64,000 nt of DNA from an uncultured Candidatus Saccharibacteria bacterium (GTDB lineage: Bacteria; Patescibacteriota; Minisyncoccia; Phycocordibacterales; JACOZG01), in NCBI GenBank assembly GCA_964651115.1, contig CAZYXJ010000001.1:286085-350084 (forward strand), read 5' to 3'. Under the pieces are notes generated by a model, which worked only from the letters and a program-made list of their open reading frames with translations, made no database searches and had not been told where the DNA came from. Below, one piece after another: positions 21,388 to 32,193 of the stretch. The first letter of the stretch is position 1; the number at the start of each line of letters is the position of its first letter. A program made the translations under genes and the position numbers.

Positions 21388-21786
21388 CTACCTCTCAGGA
21401 TTCCCGTCGGCATCATCCTCGACCATCTGAGTCACCGACCGCTCAACGCCGGAAATGATTTCCACCTCGTCAGCGCCAAAGCAAAAAAACTGACCAGGCT
21501 TGGGGAATCCCTCTGCTCGCCACCAACCCACGGCCTCGTTTTTTCCGCTGGCCGCCAGCGCATCGAGAGCCTCGCGCTGGGGAACCAAAAATCGCACCCG
21601 ACCACACTCGGCGCAACCAACTGGCTGGCCCGTCAGCACGCCCCGATCGGGCTCGCCGTAGACGGCTCCAAAAAAGGGCAAGCACGGCAGAACTTCGCTC
21701 GGCCAAGCCTGGCGCACCCACAGCGGTGCCTCTCCTGCCGGCTCCTTAGTAATTCGGATTGATCCCGTCGCTTCGCTGTGCGCCAC
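21388..21786 (-). CDS. hypothetical protein (132 aa)
   Basis: Co-oriented downstream of rarA with a terminator just after its stop. A competing plus-frame ORF 21274..21762 exists. Confidence 0.35.
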   Translation of the reverse strand: MAHSEATGSIRITKEPAGEAPLWVRQAWPSEVLPCLPFFGAVYGEPDRGVLTGQPVGCAECGRVRFLVPQREALDALAASGKNEAVGWWRAEGFPKPGQFFCFGADEVEIISGVERSVTQMVEDDADGNPER

Positions 21787-21876
21787 GATGACCCCCTTTC
21801 GTTATGAGAGTTATCTTTATCCAAGACCCACCAAAAACCATCCTAGCAAAAATCAAAATTTATTAAAGTAGGCTAA

Positions 21877-23004
21877 TTACCAATACTTCTTTTTTTTGAG
21901 CCGCTCGGGAAAGAAACTTTTCTCGTCGTAAGGTTCGTAATCCTTGCCGTAACCGAGATCTTTCAAGAGCTTAGTCGGCGCGTTGCGGAGCGAGAGCGGT
22001 ACGGGCAAGCTGCCTAATTTTTCCACATCAGCGAGAGCGGCTTCGATGGCGTTATAAGCCCGCCGATCTTTTTTGCAGGTCGCCAAGTAGGCCGCTCCAT
22101 GGGCCAGATTGATCCGGGCCTCCGGCAAGCCGACGGTTTCCACCGCGCGGAACACGGCATTAGCCACCACCAAGGCCGTCGGCTGAGCCAATCCCACATC
22201 CTCGCTCGCGAAGATCACCAGGCGCCGGGCAATAAATTTGGGATCTTCTCCCGCCGCGATCATCCGCGCCAGCCAATAAATGGCGGCATCGGGCTGGCTG
22301 GCGCGCAAACTTTTAATAAAGGCCGAGATGACGTTGTAGTGCTCCTCGCCTTTCTTGTCGTAACGGATCGTCTTGGTCTGCAAAGTCTCTTGTAAATTTT
22401 CTAAATTGACTTCGCCATAAAGTTCGAGCGTCGCCTCGAGCATCCCGAGCGCTTGCCGCGCATCACCGTCGGCAAAATCGGCCAACCACTCCAGCGCCTT
22501 TTTCGCTAACTTAATTTTAGTGCGCTTAAGCAGGGACTTGAGCTCTTCCGGCGACAGCGACTTAAGCACAAAGATGCGGGCGCGCGAGAGCAAGGGAGCA
22601 ATCACTTCGAAGCTCGGATTCTCCGTCGTCGCGCCCACCAAGTGCAGAGCACCAGACTCAACATAAGGCAACAAAAAATCTTGCTGACTTTTATTAAAAC
22701 GATGGATTTCGTCCAAAAACAAAATCTTCGGCCGCAAGAGCGCTCCGCCCTCCACAATTTTTCTAATGTCGTCCTTGCCCGCCGAGACGGCCGAGAGCTC
22801 ATAAAGTTCGGCCTCCAGCGACCTGGCATAGATCCGTGCCAGCGTCGTCTTGCCCACCCCCGGCGGACCCCACAGAATAAAGGAGAAGAGATGGCGCTGT
22901 TCGATGGCCACCCGCAAGGGCTTACCTGGACCCACCAAATGGGCCTGACCAACAAATTGATCCAGATTTTCAGGGCGTAACTTAGCCGCCAACGGTTCGG
23001 TCAT
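21877..23004 (-). CDS. rarA: replication-associated recombination protein A (AAA+ ATPase)
   Basis: Walker A GPPGVGKTTLA. Length 375 aa. MgsA-type C-terminal domain. Confidence 0.9.
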   Translation of the reverse strand: MTEPLAAKLRPENLDQFVGQAHLVGPGKPLRVAIEQRHLFSFILWGPPGVGKTTLARIYARSLEAELYELSAVSAGKDDIRKIVEGGALLRPKILFLDEIHRFNKSQQDFLLPYVESGALHLVGATTENPSFEVIAPLLSRARIFVLKSLSPEELKSLLKRTKIKLAKKALEWLADFADGDARQALGMLEATLELYGEVNLENLQETLQTKTIRYDKKGEEHYNVISAFIKSLRASQPDAAIYWLARMIAAGEDPKFIARRLVIFASEDVGLAQPTALVVANAVFRAVETVGLPEARINLAHGAAYLATCKKDRRAYNAIEAALADVEKLGSLPVPLSLRNAPTKLLKDLGYGKDYEPYDEKSFFPERLKKKKYW

Positions 23005-23006
23005 AT

Positions 23007-24161
23007 GTGGTAGTATACTATACGCACATGCTTAAAAGAGTCTTAATCCAGAGCATCGGGATGGGCTATCGCAACGTCGTCAAACCCATTCTCTTTACTG
23101 AATCCCCCGAGACGGTTCATGAGCGTTTGGCCGCCGCCGGCGAGCGCTGGGGTCGAGGTGGCTGGATTAAATCAACCACCAGTTGGCTGCTGGAGCAAGA
23201 GTACCCGGAACTCGAGCAGACGGTCGCTGGCATTAAATTTGCTAAACCGATTGGGCTCTCGGCGGGCTTCGACTACGAAGCCCGCTTAACTCAATTTCTG
23301 CCCGCGCTCGACTTTGGTTTTGCCACCGTCGGCACCATCACTAACGAACCTTGCCGCGGCAATCCACCACCTCAGCTCGACCGCCTGCCAGAATCAAAAT
23401 CCCTCCTCGTCAACAAAGGGTTCAAAAATCCTGGGGTTACCTCCATCGCCCGCAAACTTTCTCAATTGCGCTTCGAAATGCCCATCGGTATTTCGCTTGG
23501 TCGGACCAACACCCTTAAACTAAAAAATGTTGCCGAGAGTATTGAGGACATCGTCAGCGCCTTCCGCGCCCTAGAAGAATCTCGCGTCCGCCATCACTAT
23601 TACGAATTAAATATCAGCTGCCCCAACCTGATGGGCAACATCTCGTTTTATCCACCAGAAGCTCTGCGCGATCTTTTAAGCGCCGTCACCAGTCTCAATC
23701 TTAAGCGACCAATTTTTATTAAAATGCCGATTGAAAAAAACAATCGCGACGTCCGCCAAATGCTCGAAGTGATCGCGGCCGCGCCAATCGATGGAGTCAT
23801 TTTTGGCAACTTACAAAAAGATCGCACTCACCCCGCCTTCGACCCAACCGAAATCGCCCAAGCCGGCCGAGGCAACTTTAGCGGCCACCCCACCGAAGGA
23901 CGCGCCAACGAGCTAATCTCCCTAACCCATTACCACTACCATTCGCGCTTTATCATCATCGGCTCCGGCGGCGTCTTTTCGGCCGAGCAAGCTTACGAAA
24001 AAATTTTGCGAGGCGCCACCTTAGTCCAACTGATCACCGGCTTAATCTATCGCGGCCCACAATTAGTCCACGAGATCAATCAAAGTTTAGTAAAATTACT
24101 CCACGAAGACGGTTACTCCTCAATCAGCCAAGCCATTGGCGCCGGACATGCAGCCAACTGA
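23007..24161 (+). CDS. pyrD: dihydroorotate dehydrogenase family protein
   Basis: FMN-binding motifs ...GFDYEA... and the active-site loop ELNISCPN. The true start is probably one of the internal Met codons. Confidence 0.75.
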   Translation: MVVYYTHMLKRVLIQSIGMGYRNVVKPILFTESPETVHERLAAAGERWGRGGWIKSTTSWLLEQEYPELEQTVAGIKFAKPIGLSAGFDYEARLTQFLPALDFGFATVGTITNEPCRGNPPPQLDRLPESKSLLVNKGFKNPGVTSIARKLSQLRFEMPIGISLGRTNTLKLKNVAESIEDIVSAFRALEESRVRHHYYELNISCPNLMGNISFYPPEALRDLLSAVTSLNLKRPIFIKMPIEKNNRDVRQMLEVIAAAPIDGVIFGNLQKDRTHPAFDPTEIAQAGRGNFSGHPTEGRANELISLTHYHYHSRFIIIGSGGVFSAEQAYEKILRGATLVQLITGLIYRGPQLVHEINQSLVKLLHEDGYSSISQAIGAGHAAN

Positions 24162-26283
24162 TCCCATCCTTGAGCACTTCCGACCTAATCCGCTCCAGCG
24201 ACGCGGACTAGAACGATTAGGTCTCGAGACGGTAGCTGATCTCTTGTGGCACTTCCCCAACCGCTATGCCGCTCCCGGTTTGCAAAAAAGCATTGCCACC
24301 CTCGCCGTGGGCGAACAGGTGGTCATCTACGGCCAGGTAACCAAAAGTCGAATTACTCGCGGCTGGAAAAAGAGAATCCCGATTGGCGAAATAAAAATTG
24401 AGGACGCGACCGGTAGCATCAAGGCGATCTGGTTCCATCAAGCTTTTCTCGCCAAAAAAGTGGCCGAGGGTAGTTACGCTCGGCTCTCCGGCAAAGTCGC
24501 CGAACGACGCGGCGAAAAATATTTAGCCAATCCAGAAATCGAATCAGCCGCCAATGTGCCGCCGCCCGAATCACTCTTTACCACCAATAGCGACCCGACC
24601 CTCACTCTCACCCCCGTCTATCCCGAAACGCGCGGACTCTCTTCTAGCTGGCTAGAACACGCGATCAAAAAATTAATTAGCCACAACTTACACGAAGCTT
24701 TAATCGACCCTCTACCGACGGATCTACTGGAAAAATATAATCTGCCGACACTAGCCAGCTCCCTGGTGTGGATCCACGCCCCCCGAACCGACAAAGACAC
24801 TACTCGCGCCCGCAAACGCTTCGCCTTCCAAGAAATATTTTTTATTCAACTTAGTCGCTGGCGCGATCGTCTTAACTATCAAGCCAATGGCGCTTGGCCG
24901 ATTGCCACCAAAAAAACGGAAGTCGAAGAATTTATTAAACGTTTCCCCTTTGCCGCCACCGCCGCGCAAAAACGCGCCATCGATCAGATTCTCAAAGACT
25001 TTAATCAGACCGCGCCAATGACGCGGCTCCTAGAAGGCGACGTCGGCTCAGGCAAAACGGCGGTCGCGGCCACCACGGCTTACGCGGCCGTGCGCGCCGG
25101 CTGGGAGGTGGCTTACATGGCCCCGACCGAAATTCTGGCCCGTCAACATTTCGAATCTTTTATTGGTTATTTTCGCCACCTGCCCGGCGTCCAAGTAGCG
25201 CTTATCACGGGCAGTGGTTGCTACAAATTTCCATCCAAAATTAATCCCGGCGGCTACACCAACATCTCGCGACCTCAACTCTTAAAGTGGGTGGCCAACG
25301 GCGAAATAAAAATTGTCGTCGGCACCCATACACTGATCCAAGAAACCGTTAAGTTTAAAAACTTAGCTTACGTGATTATCGACGAACAGCATCGCTTTGG
25401 CGTGATGCAGCGAGCCCGCCTCGCGCGCAAACAAGCCAGTCGCGCGCCCCATCTCCTCTCGATGACGGCCACTCCCATCCCCCGGACGCTGGCGCTCTCG
25501 ATTTATGGCGACTTAGATCTCTCCCTGCTCGACGAATTGCCGGCCGGCCGCAAACCTGTCATCACCGAGATCGTGGCGGAATCAGGTCGCGCCCGGGCTT
25601 ACGAGCACATCCGGCAAGAGCTCGCGGCCGGCCGGCAAGCTTACGTCATCTGCCCGCGCATCGACGAACCAGATCCAACCAAAGAACTGGCACTGCAAGT
25701 TAAGTCGGCCACCGCCGAACGCGAACGACTGGCAACCCAAATTTTTCCCGATTACAAAGTAGCTCTCGTCCACAGCAAATTAAAATCCGCCGACAAAGAA
25801 AAAGTGATGGCCCAATTCGCGCGAGGCGACGCCCAAATTTTGGTGGCCACCTCCGTGGTGGAGGTGGGCGTTAACGTCCCGAATGCCACCATGATTATTA
25901 TTGAAGGCGCCGAGCGCTTCGGCCTGGCGCAACTCCACCAGCTCCGCGGTCGCGTCCTACGCTCTTCCACTCAAGCTCATTGCTACCTCTTTACTTCCAA
26001 ACCCGGCGGCCACGAGAGCGCGCGACTCAAGGCCCTCGTCACCGCCAAGAACGGTTTTGAACTAGCGGAAATCGATCTGCAATTACGGGGCGCCGGAGCG
26101 CTCTCTGGCGGTCAACAATGGGGCTTATCAGATATGGGCATGGAAGCGATCAAGAATCTCAAGATGGTCGAGGCGGCCCGCACCGAGGCCCGCGCGCTGA
26201 TTGAAGCTGATCCGACCCTCAAGAACTACCCCGAATTAGCTAGGGCTCTAAATCGGCGGACACAAAACATCCATTTTGAATAG
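24136..26283 (+). CDS. recG: ATP-dependent DNA helicase RecG
   Basis: Wedge domain. Helicase motif I DVGSGKTAVA and DEQH box IDEQHRFGV. Length 715 aa. Confidence 0.9.
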   Translation: MAPDMQPTDPILEHFRPNPLQRRGLERLGLETVADLLWHFPNRYAAPGLQKSIATLAVGEQVVIYGQVTKSRITRGWKKRIPIGEIKIEDATGSIKAIWFHQAFLAKKVAEGSYARLSGKVAERRGEKYLANPEIESAANVPPPESLFTTNSDPTLTLTPVYPETRGLSSSWLEHAIKKLISHNLHEALIDPLPTDLLEKYNLPTLASSLVWIHAPRTDKDTTRARKRFAFQEIFFIQLSRWRDRLNYQANGAWPIATKKTEVEEFIKRFPFAATAAQKRAIDQILKDFNQTAPMTRLLEGDVGSGKTAVAATTAYAAVRAGWEVAYMAPTEILARQHFESFIGYFRHLPGVQVALITGSGCYKFPSKINPGGYTNISRPQLLKWVANGEIKIVVGTHTLIQETVKFKNLAYVIIDEQHRFGVMQRARLARKQASRAPHLLSMTATPIPRTLALSIYGDLDLSLLDELPAGRKPVITEIVAESGRARAYEHIRQELAAGRQAYVICPRIDEPDPTKELALQVKSATAERERLATQIFPDYKVALVHSKLKSADKEKVMAQFARGDAQILVATSVVEVGVNVPNATMIIIEGAERFGLAQLHQLRGRVLRSSTQAHCYLFTSKPGGHESARLKALVTAKNGFELAEIDLQLRGAGALSGGQQWGLSDMGMEAIKNLKMVEAARTEARALIEADPTLKNYPELARALNRRTQNIHFE

Positions 26284-26319
26284 CTTGAGAGCCGGCACGA
26301 CCTGAGCTATAGTGAACGA

Positions 26320-26393
26320 GCGCGTGTAGCTCAGTTGGTTAGAGCACCGAGCTTATACCTCGGCGGTCCTTGGTTCGACTCCAAGCACGCGCA
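26320..26393 (+). tRNA. tRNA-Ile, anticodon TAT (UAU)
   Basis: Acceptor gcgcgtg/cacgcgc. Anticodon stem ccgag/ctcgg with loop cttatac. T-arm cttgg-ttcgact-ccaag. Discriminator A. No CCA. Confidence 0.7.
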
Positions 26394-26404
26394 CTACTTG
26401 GCTT

Positions 26405-26929
26405 TTAGGACTGCTGATTAACCTCCTTTTCGGCCCGATCGGCTAATTCCATAAAAACCGCCAACTCCTCATTGGTAAATTTACGCGGCGCCGTATCTTT
26501 GACGCAGAAAACGCCAACCGGCAAACCGCTACTAAAATCGTTAAGGGCCGAACCAGCATAAAATCGCACAAAAGGCGCGCCAGTAACGTAAGGATTGTTC
26601 TTAAAGCGGTCATCCAAAAGAGTATCCTCAACCACAAAAACATGCTTAGCCAAAAGAGCGTGGCCACAGAACGAAATTTCCCGCGGACCCTCGCGAGTCG
26701 ATAATCCCTGACAAGACTTAAACCACTCACGCTCACGATCAATGAGCGAGATCGTTGCGATGGGCACACGCAATTTATCTAGAGCTTCTTTCGTAATCAA
26801 ATCAAAACGTTCCTCAGTTGGAGTTTCCAGCAAACCTAGATTTTCCAAGGCCGCTTGGCGTTCAACTTCTTGCGGGTGCAGTGGGACCATAGTAATTTTT
26901 CTTATCGATGGCCGTCTCAATCCCCACAA
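26405..26929 (-). CDS. GAF-domain protein
   Basis: GAF fold pattern ...ATISLIDREREWFKS...EISFCGHA...VVEDT...RFYAG... The start is probably the internal Met at about 26890. Confidence 0.7.
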   Translation of the reverse strand: MWGLRRPSIRKITMVPLHPQEVERQAALENLGLLETPTEERFDLITKEALDKLRVPIATISLIDREREWFKSCQGLSTREGPREISFCGHALLAKHVFVVEDTLLDDRFKNNPYVTGAPFVRFYAGSALNDFSSGLPVGVFCVKDTAPRKFTNEELAVFMELADRAEKEVNQQS

Positions 26930-27395
26930 AAAAACGAATCTCCCCCGCTACGTCTAAAACGGGTGAAATTCGCAACTGGGCGTGATAGAGCTCGCCATCT
27001 TTCTTACGATTAATAACTTCGACGGCGGCCGAACGCTTCTTGGTCTTAATCTCGTGCCATAACGAGGCATAAAATTCGGGGGACATTTGCTTGCCCCACA
27101 AAGCGGGAGTCGCGCCAACTACCTCGTCAATCGTGTAGCCGGTGATCTCGGTAACATTTTGGTTAACAAACAAAATTACTCCCTCGGGATCAGTCACGAT
27201 CACCTGCTCACACATCTCTTGGAGAATTGAGTTAAACAAGCCGCAGCGGTGACACTTAATCTCAAAACCGGCGCCGTCTAATCCGGCCTTGGCCAAAAGT
27301 TTGCCGCAACCAAAACAACGAAAATCACCCGGTTGGTGATTTTCTTCGACAGGGTAATTAGGAGAGTGGCTCATAGAAGCTAAGTTGAGCTTCAA
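26862..27395 (-). CDS. zinc-ribbon plus PAS-domain protein
   Basis: N-terminal CFGCGK-x17-CHRCG zinc ribbon, then a PAS-like core (ILFVNQNVTEITGYTIDEVVG). Its 3-prime end overlaps the GAF ORF in another frame. Confidence 0.65.
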   Translation of the reverse strand: MKLNLASMSHSPNYPVEENHQPGDFRCFGCGKLLAKAGLDGAGFEIKCHRCGLFNSILQEMCEQVIVTDPEGVILFVNQNVTEITGYTIDEVVGATPALWGKQMSPEFYASLWHEIKTKKRSAAVEVINRKKDGELYHAQLRISPVLDVAGEIRFFVGIETAIDKKNYYGPTAPARS

Positions 27396-27442
27396 GAGCT
27401 TCTCGGCAAATTATAGCGGCCGCCCACCATCAATGCAAGACT

Positions 27443-29437
27443 TTAAGCCAGGTCGCCGTCTGGCCCAGGCGCCACCACGGCCGGCTCGGGATTAATCCGA
27501 TCATGCTCCTTGGGCTTAATGCCGTTAACCAACAACAATTTTTCGAAATCTTCGCGTTCGATTGTTTCGCGCTTAATCAGTTCGGCCGAAAGATCATCTA
27601 ACGCCCCCCGATAAGTAGTCAACAAAGTCTCCGCTCGTCGCAACGCCTCGGTCATAATCCGCGAAACTTCAGCATCAACCTGAGCCGCCACCGCCTCGGA
27701 CGAATAACGTTCTGGACCAAAGTTCTGCCCCGGGTAAAGCTTGGTCGCCCCACCCTCAAAGGCAATCGGCCCCAAACTTTCGCTCATGCCAAACTTAGTC
27801 ACCATACTTCGAGCCAAGCCCGTCGCGACGGCAATGTCGTTAGAGGCCCCAGTGGTAATATCGCCAAAAATCATTTTTTCCGTCGCGTAACCACCTAGCG
27901 AAACTACAATGTCATCAAGAAATTCTCGTTTGGCTTGAAGTTTTCGTTCCTCCAGCGGCAATTTAAGCGTATAACCGGCCGCCATCCCGCGAGAGATAAT
28001 CGACACCTTATGAACCGGATCGGCATGCGGCAGAACGGAGGAGAGTAGAGCGTGACCAATTTCGTGATAAGCAGTGATCCGCTTTTCGGCCTCCGACAAA
28101 ATATGACTCTTACGCTCCGGTCCGAGCATCACCTTTTCCACGCTCCGAATTAAATCGTACTGATGGATCTCTTTGCGATTCTCTCGCGCCGCCAAGATCG
28201 CTGACTCGTTCATTAGATTAGCCAGGTCAGCACCAGAGAAACCGGGTGTTCGTTTGGCGATTTCGTGCAGATTAACGTCTTCGGCCAGCGGCTTCTTCTG
28301 CGCGTAAATTTTTAAAATCTCTTGGCGATCATTAAGATCGGGATTGTCTAAAATCACCCGACGATCAAAACGACCCGGCCGCAAAAGCGCTGGATCCAAG
28401 ACGTCTGGACGATTGGTGGCCGCCATCACGATAATCTTTTCGCTCGGCTCGAAACCATCCATCTCCACAAAAATTTGGTTTAGTGTCTGCTCGCGTTCGT
28501 CATTGCCGCCACCCAAACCCGTACCTCGGTGACGGCCAATGGCATCAATCTCGTCCACAAAGATAATCGCCGGCGCTAGGCGCTTGGCCATGCGGAAAAG
28601 ATCTCGCACCCGAGACGCTCCCACGCCCACAAACATTTCCACAAAGTCTGATCCGGACAAATACATAAACGGCACATGAGCCTCGCCCGCCACGGCGCGC
28701 GCCAACAAAGTTTTACCCGTGCCCGGCGCACCCATCAACAAAACGCCCTTCGGAATCCTGGCGCCAATATCTAAAAACTTTTTGGGCGACTTAAGAAAGT
28801 CAACGATCTCTTCCAACTCTTCTTTGGCCTCCTTTACACCCGCGACGTCCTTAAAAGTGATCTTCTGCGTTAGATCATTAGGATCAATGATTTTGGCCTT
28901 GGACTGGCCGAAGGTGAACGCCTGCATTGAAGCTCCTTTAACCTGCCGCGAAATATACCAAAAGAAGATGATGACAAAAATCAGCGGGATAATAATTGGC
29001 AACAAATTAAGAATCCAAAAACCCACCCCCGCCGAATTCTCAATCGACACGGGCAACTTGGCTAGCATCTCGGAGGTCACGCCCAAATTAAGGAGCGCGT
29101 CCGAGAGCGCGATCTCTGGCTCTTTGCGAGACTCTACCACCTCACCAGAAGTTAAAGTCACCGTTAAAACATCTCCCTCCAAAACTAGCGACTTAACCTG
29201 ACCTAGCGTAACTTGTTGGGCAACAACCGAAAGAGGCACCTCCGTGATCCCCGCCCGCTGGCCCGAGACCAAACTATAAAGACTCACTAAAACCATCAAC
29301 ACCAAAATCGCCCCCAACAAACGGGAGCCGAGCTGGCCCATCAATTGGCCGCTGGGTGGTCGACTAGCTGGTCTACGTGAAGATGATTTTGACATGGCCG
29401 TATTATACTCGAGACGGAACAAAAAGAAAGATAACAC
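27443..29437 (-). CDS. ftsH: ATP-dependent zinc metalloprotease FtsH
   Basis: Walker [12 protein letters not shown], second region of homology, and the HEIGH zinc motif. The start is probably the internal Met at about 29395. Confidence 0.95.
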   Translation of the reverse strand: MLSFFLFRLEYNTAMSKSSSRRPASRPPSGQLMGQLGSRLLGAILVLMVLVSLYSLVSGQRAGITEVPLSVVAQQVTLGQVKSLVLEGDVLTVTLTSGEVVESRKEPEIALSDALLNLGVTSEMLAKLPVSIENSAGVGFWILNLLPIIIPLIFVIIFFWYISRQVKGASMQAFTFGQSKAKIIDPNDLTQKITFKDVAGVKEAKEELEEIVDFLKSPKKFLDIGARIPKGVLLMGAPGTGKTLLARAVAGEAHVPFMYLSGSDFVEMFVGVGASRVRDLFRMAKRLAPAIIFVDEIDAIGRHRGTGLGGGNDEREQTLNQIFVEMDGFEPSEKIIVMAATNRPDVLDPALLRPGRFDRRVILDNPDLNDRQEILKIYAQKKPLAEDVNLHEIAKRTPGFSGADLANLMNESAILAARENRKEIHQYDLIRSVEKVMLGPERKSHILSEAEKRITAYHEIGHALLSSVLPHADPVHKVSIISRGMAAGYTLKLPLEERKLQAKREFLDDIVVSLGGYATEKMIFGDITTGASNDIAVATGLARSMVTKFGMSESLGPIAFEGGATKLYPGQNFGPERYSSEAVAAQVDAEVSRIMTEALRRAETLLTTYRGALDDLSAELIKRETIEREDFEKLLLVNGIKPKEHDRINPEPAVVAPGPDGDLA

Positions 29438-29452
29438 TCGTCCATGAATTTT

Positions 29453-30577
29453 TTAATGAAGATGACCGTGGTGATGACCATGATGCTCCCCTGCGCGAGC
29501 GGTCGCACCCGGAACCAACCAAACGGCCAGCAGGGTCGCCAACGGCACCGTCAAAACCAAACCGATGCTACCAATAATCGTCCGCGCGATCTCGGCGGCA
29601 AAAATTTCTTGATTAACAATTCGGTCCAGAGAGACAACGGAGTTGGAAAAGAACAAGAGTAACGGCAGTGACGCTCCGGCGTAAGCTAGAGCCAAGGTAT
29701 TGACTAGCGCCCCCACGTGCTCGCGACCAACCCGGATGGCCTGGCGATACAGCTGATGACGATCCTTAACCGTCTTAGACAACTCCGCCACCACCGCCGC
29801 CTGAGTGACCGCGATGTCATCCAAAACACCAAGCGTTCCGATGACAATCCCGGCCAGCAACAAACCATTAAAATTAAGTGTCCCGCCGGTAGCCAAATTA
29901 AGATAAATCGCTTCGTCGCTCGCAAAGCCCGTTAGGGACAAAAACTTAATCGAAAAGCTGGCCAACCAGCCCGTCACCGCCACCGCCATCACCGTCCCCA
30001 AAAACGCCGACACCGATTCGCGATTAAGGCCGTGAGTCAAAAAAATGGCCGCGCACAAGATGGCCGTAGCGGCCAACGTTCCAACCAAAACCGGCGGATA
30101 ACCTTTTAACAACAAGGGGATCAACACCCACGCGATCACGCCAAAGCTAAGCGCCAAACTAATTAAGGAGCGGACGCCCTGGCCGCGACCAAATAAGATA
30201 ATTACGCCAGCAAACAGCGCCCCCAGCCAAGCCAACCCCGATCGTCGGTCAACATCCGAAACGGTGTACAACTCCACCCCATCAGCCGAGATCAAATAGT
30301 TAAGAAAAAAATTATCTCCTGGAGCCAGTGGCTGGTAATCATTAATCAAGTTAACCACCTGACCGCGACGCTCGCCCTCGGTAATCTCGGCGACAATCTT
30401 TTGCGTCTCAACCACCACCTCCGTGCCAGCCACAGCCTGAGGATCGGTGGCCACGGCGGTGATGACTCTCGCCCGCCACGTCCCTTGAACGTCTTGGTGG
30501 AGCGCTTGCGCCTGGCCGATCAGTGGCCAAGCGCATGAAAAAATGATGAAGCCGGCTATCTTGTATTTAAGTCCCAT
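29453..30577 (-). CDS. YibE/F-family polytopic membrane protein with His-rich C-terminus
   Basis: Signal peptide, an extracellular domain, multiple TM helices, and the tail HHGHHHGHLH. Confidence 0.6.
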   Translation of the reverse strand: MGLKYKIAGFIIFSCAWPLIGQAQALHQDVQGTWRARVITAVATDPQAVAGTEVVVETQKIVAEITEGERRGQVVNLINDYQPLAPGDNFFLNYLISADGVELYTVSDVDRRSGLAWLGALFAGVIILFGRGQGVRSLISLALSFGVIAWVLIPLLLKGYPPVLVGTLAATAILCAAIFLTHGLNRESVSAFLGTVMAVAVTGWLASFSIKFLSLTGFASDEAIYLNLATGGTLNFNGLLLAGIVIGTLGVLDDIAVTQAAVVAELSKTVKDRHQLYRQAIRVGREHVGALVNTLALAYAGASLPLLLFFSNSVVSLDRIVNQEIFAAEIARTIIGSIGLVLTVPLATLLAVWLVPGATARAGEHHGHHHGHLH

Positions 30578-30600
30578 GGCCCGTATTATACCTGATACCG

Positions 30601-31614
30601 ATGAACCAATGGGAAACTCTGCTAGAGGGTACTGGTTACGCTTACTTTACCTTGGATCGTGACTGGCGCTTTACCCATCTCAACAAACAAGCCGAGTACT
30701 TCGAAACCACCACCAAAGCGGAAGTCCTAGGGAAAAAAATCTGGGAAGCTTTCCCGCGGATTGTGGAAACCCCCTTCTACCAGCAGTATCAAAAAGTTTT
30801 TACCACGAAACAACCAGTCATCTTTGAGGAATTTGACCAAGGCATCTGGTTTGAAGTGAGAGTCTTCCCTATCGACTCAGGCGGATTGGCCGTCTACTAT
30901 CGCGACATTACTGAACGCAAACAATTTGATGAACGAAAGGACGAATTTATTCGTCTAGCCAGCCACGAATTAAAAACTCCCATTACTACTCTCCGGCTCT
31001 ACGCGGAACTGCTCCAGGAGCAGATCAAAGATCCAGAATTAATCGACCACGCCAAAAAAATTCTCAACCAAGCCTCACAGCTAGATGAGCTGGTTTCCGA
31101 ATTGTTGGATCTCTCACGCATCCAAATTGGTAAACTCAACTTCGAGATGGAAGACTTCGACTTTGTCTCCTTCGCGCGGGAGACCGTCGAGACCATCGCC
31201 AAAGCCAGTCCCACTCACCGAATCCAGTGGGTTAGCGATCTGCGGCGCGCCAGCGTACGGGGCAGCAAAGCTCGGCTGGCTCAGATTATTAACAATCTCC
31301 TGAGCAACGCGCAAAAATATTCTCCCGAACGCGCCGACATCATCGTCCGCCTCACCCGCGAACGTCGCCAAATCCTCCTCTCTGTCCAAGACTTTGGCAT
31401 CGGCATCCCCCTCGCCTTCCGACCTAAAGTTTTTGATCGCTTTTATCAAGTCCCTCACAATAATGGCGACACCTTTCCTGGCTTGGGCATCGGCTTGCAC
31501 GTCTCTAAGTTAATCGCCAACAAGCATGGCGGAGACATCACCCTCCACAGTCGACCAGGACAAGGATCAACCTTTACTCTCACCTTACCGCTAAGCAAAA
31601 AAGTTGATGCCTAA
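30601..31614 (+). CDS. sensor histidine kinase (PAS-HisKA-HATPase_c)
   Basis: H-box SHELKTPITTL. N, G1 and G2 boxes are present (GLGIGLHVSK, GQGSTFTL). Confidence 0.85.
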   Translation: MNQWETLLEGTGYAYFTLDRDWRFTHLNKQAEYFETTTKAEVLGKKIWEAFPRIVETPFYQQYQKVFTTKQPVIFEEFDQGIWFEVRVFPIDSGGLAVYYRDITERKQFDERKDEFIRLASHELKTPITTLRLYAELLQEQIKDPELIDHAKKILNQASQLDELVSELLDLSRIQIGKLNFEMEDFDFVSFARETVETIAKASPTHRIQWVSDLRRASVRGSKARLAQIINNLLSNAQKYSPERADIIVRLTRERRQILLSVQDFGIGIPLAFRPKVFDRFYQVPHNNGDTFPGLGIGLHVSKLIANKHGGDITLHSRPGQGSTFTLTLPLSKKVDA

Positions 31615-31993
31615 AAAATCTTGCTCCATCCTCCTCATCGATGACAGCCCCGAAATCACCGGGGTAGTTAGTCTGATTTTAAAAAACGCCGGCCACGACG
31701 TCGCCGTCTCGCATACCGGCGAGCCACTTTTGATTTTGCAAAAACAAGAACTTCAACCCGACATTATCATCCTCGACGTCCTTCTTTCGGGAGCGGACGG
31801 CCGAGAACTATGTCGTCAGATTAAAAAAGACGCTCTCACTAAACACATTCCCGTGTTGATGTTTTCGGCCTATCCTCAGGTCGCCGACTCCGTCTACCAG
31901 GCGGGAGCGGACGCCTTCTTGGCCAAACCCTTCGGCGGGCAAGCACTCCTCGAGTCAATCGAAAAACTCTGTGCTAAAACGGCAAAGAACTAA
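31604..31993 (+). CDS. response regulator receiver domain protein
   Basis: LLIDDSPE...IILDVLLSGADG...K receiver signature. It overlaps the histidine kinase gene by 11 nt. Confidence 0.85.
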   Translation: MMPKKSCSILLIDDSPEITGVVSLILKNAGHDVAVSHTGEPLLILQKQELQPDIIILDVLLSGADGRELCRQIKKDALTKHIPVLMFSAYPQVADSVYQAGADAFLAKPFGGQALLESIEKLCAKTAKN

Positions 31994-31995
31994 AA

Positions 31996-32035
31996 CGACG
32001 CCGTCTACCAAGATTGGTAAAACGGCGTCGTTAGT
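31996..32035. terminator. hairpin between convergent genes
   Basis: aacgacgccgt-loop-acggcgtcgtt, an 11-bp stem with weak U-tracts on both sides. Confidence 0.35.
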
Positions 32036-32193
32036 TGGGGAGAATACCTAACGGCCTCCCCCTCCACCGGGTCCGAGTATCATACTCGCGGCCTCCCTTT
32101 TCTAAAGGAGAATCATTTGACCCCTGTTCACAAGGATCTGCCATCAGACAGTATACGGAGTGAAATGAACAACAAATGAATCCTCCTCGAGAT

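Noticed and set aside
21274-21762. 162-aa plus-strand ORF
   Set aside because: It starts inside the DKNYY gene and overlaps the minus ORF 21388..21786. That minus ORF has a properly placed downstream terminator and is co-oriented with rarA.
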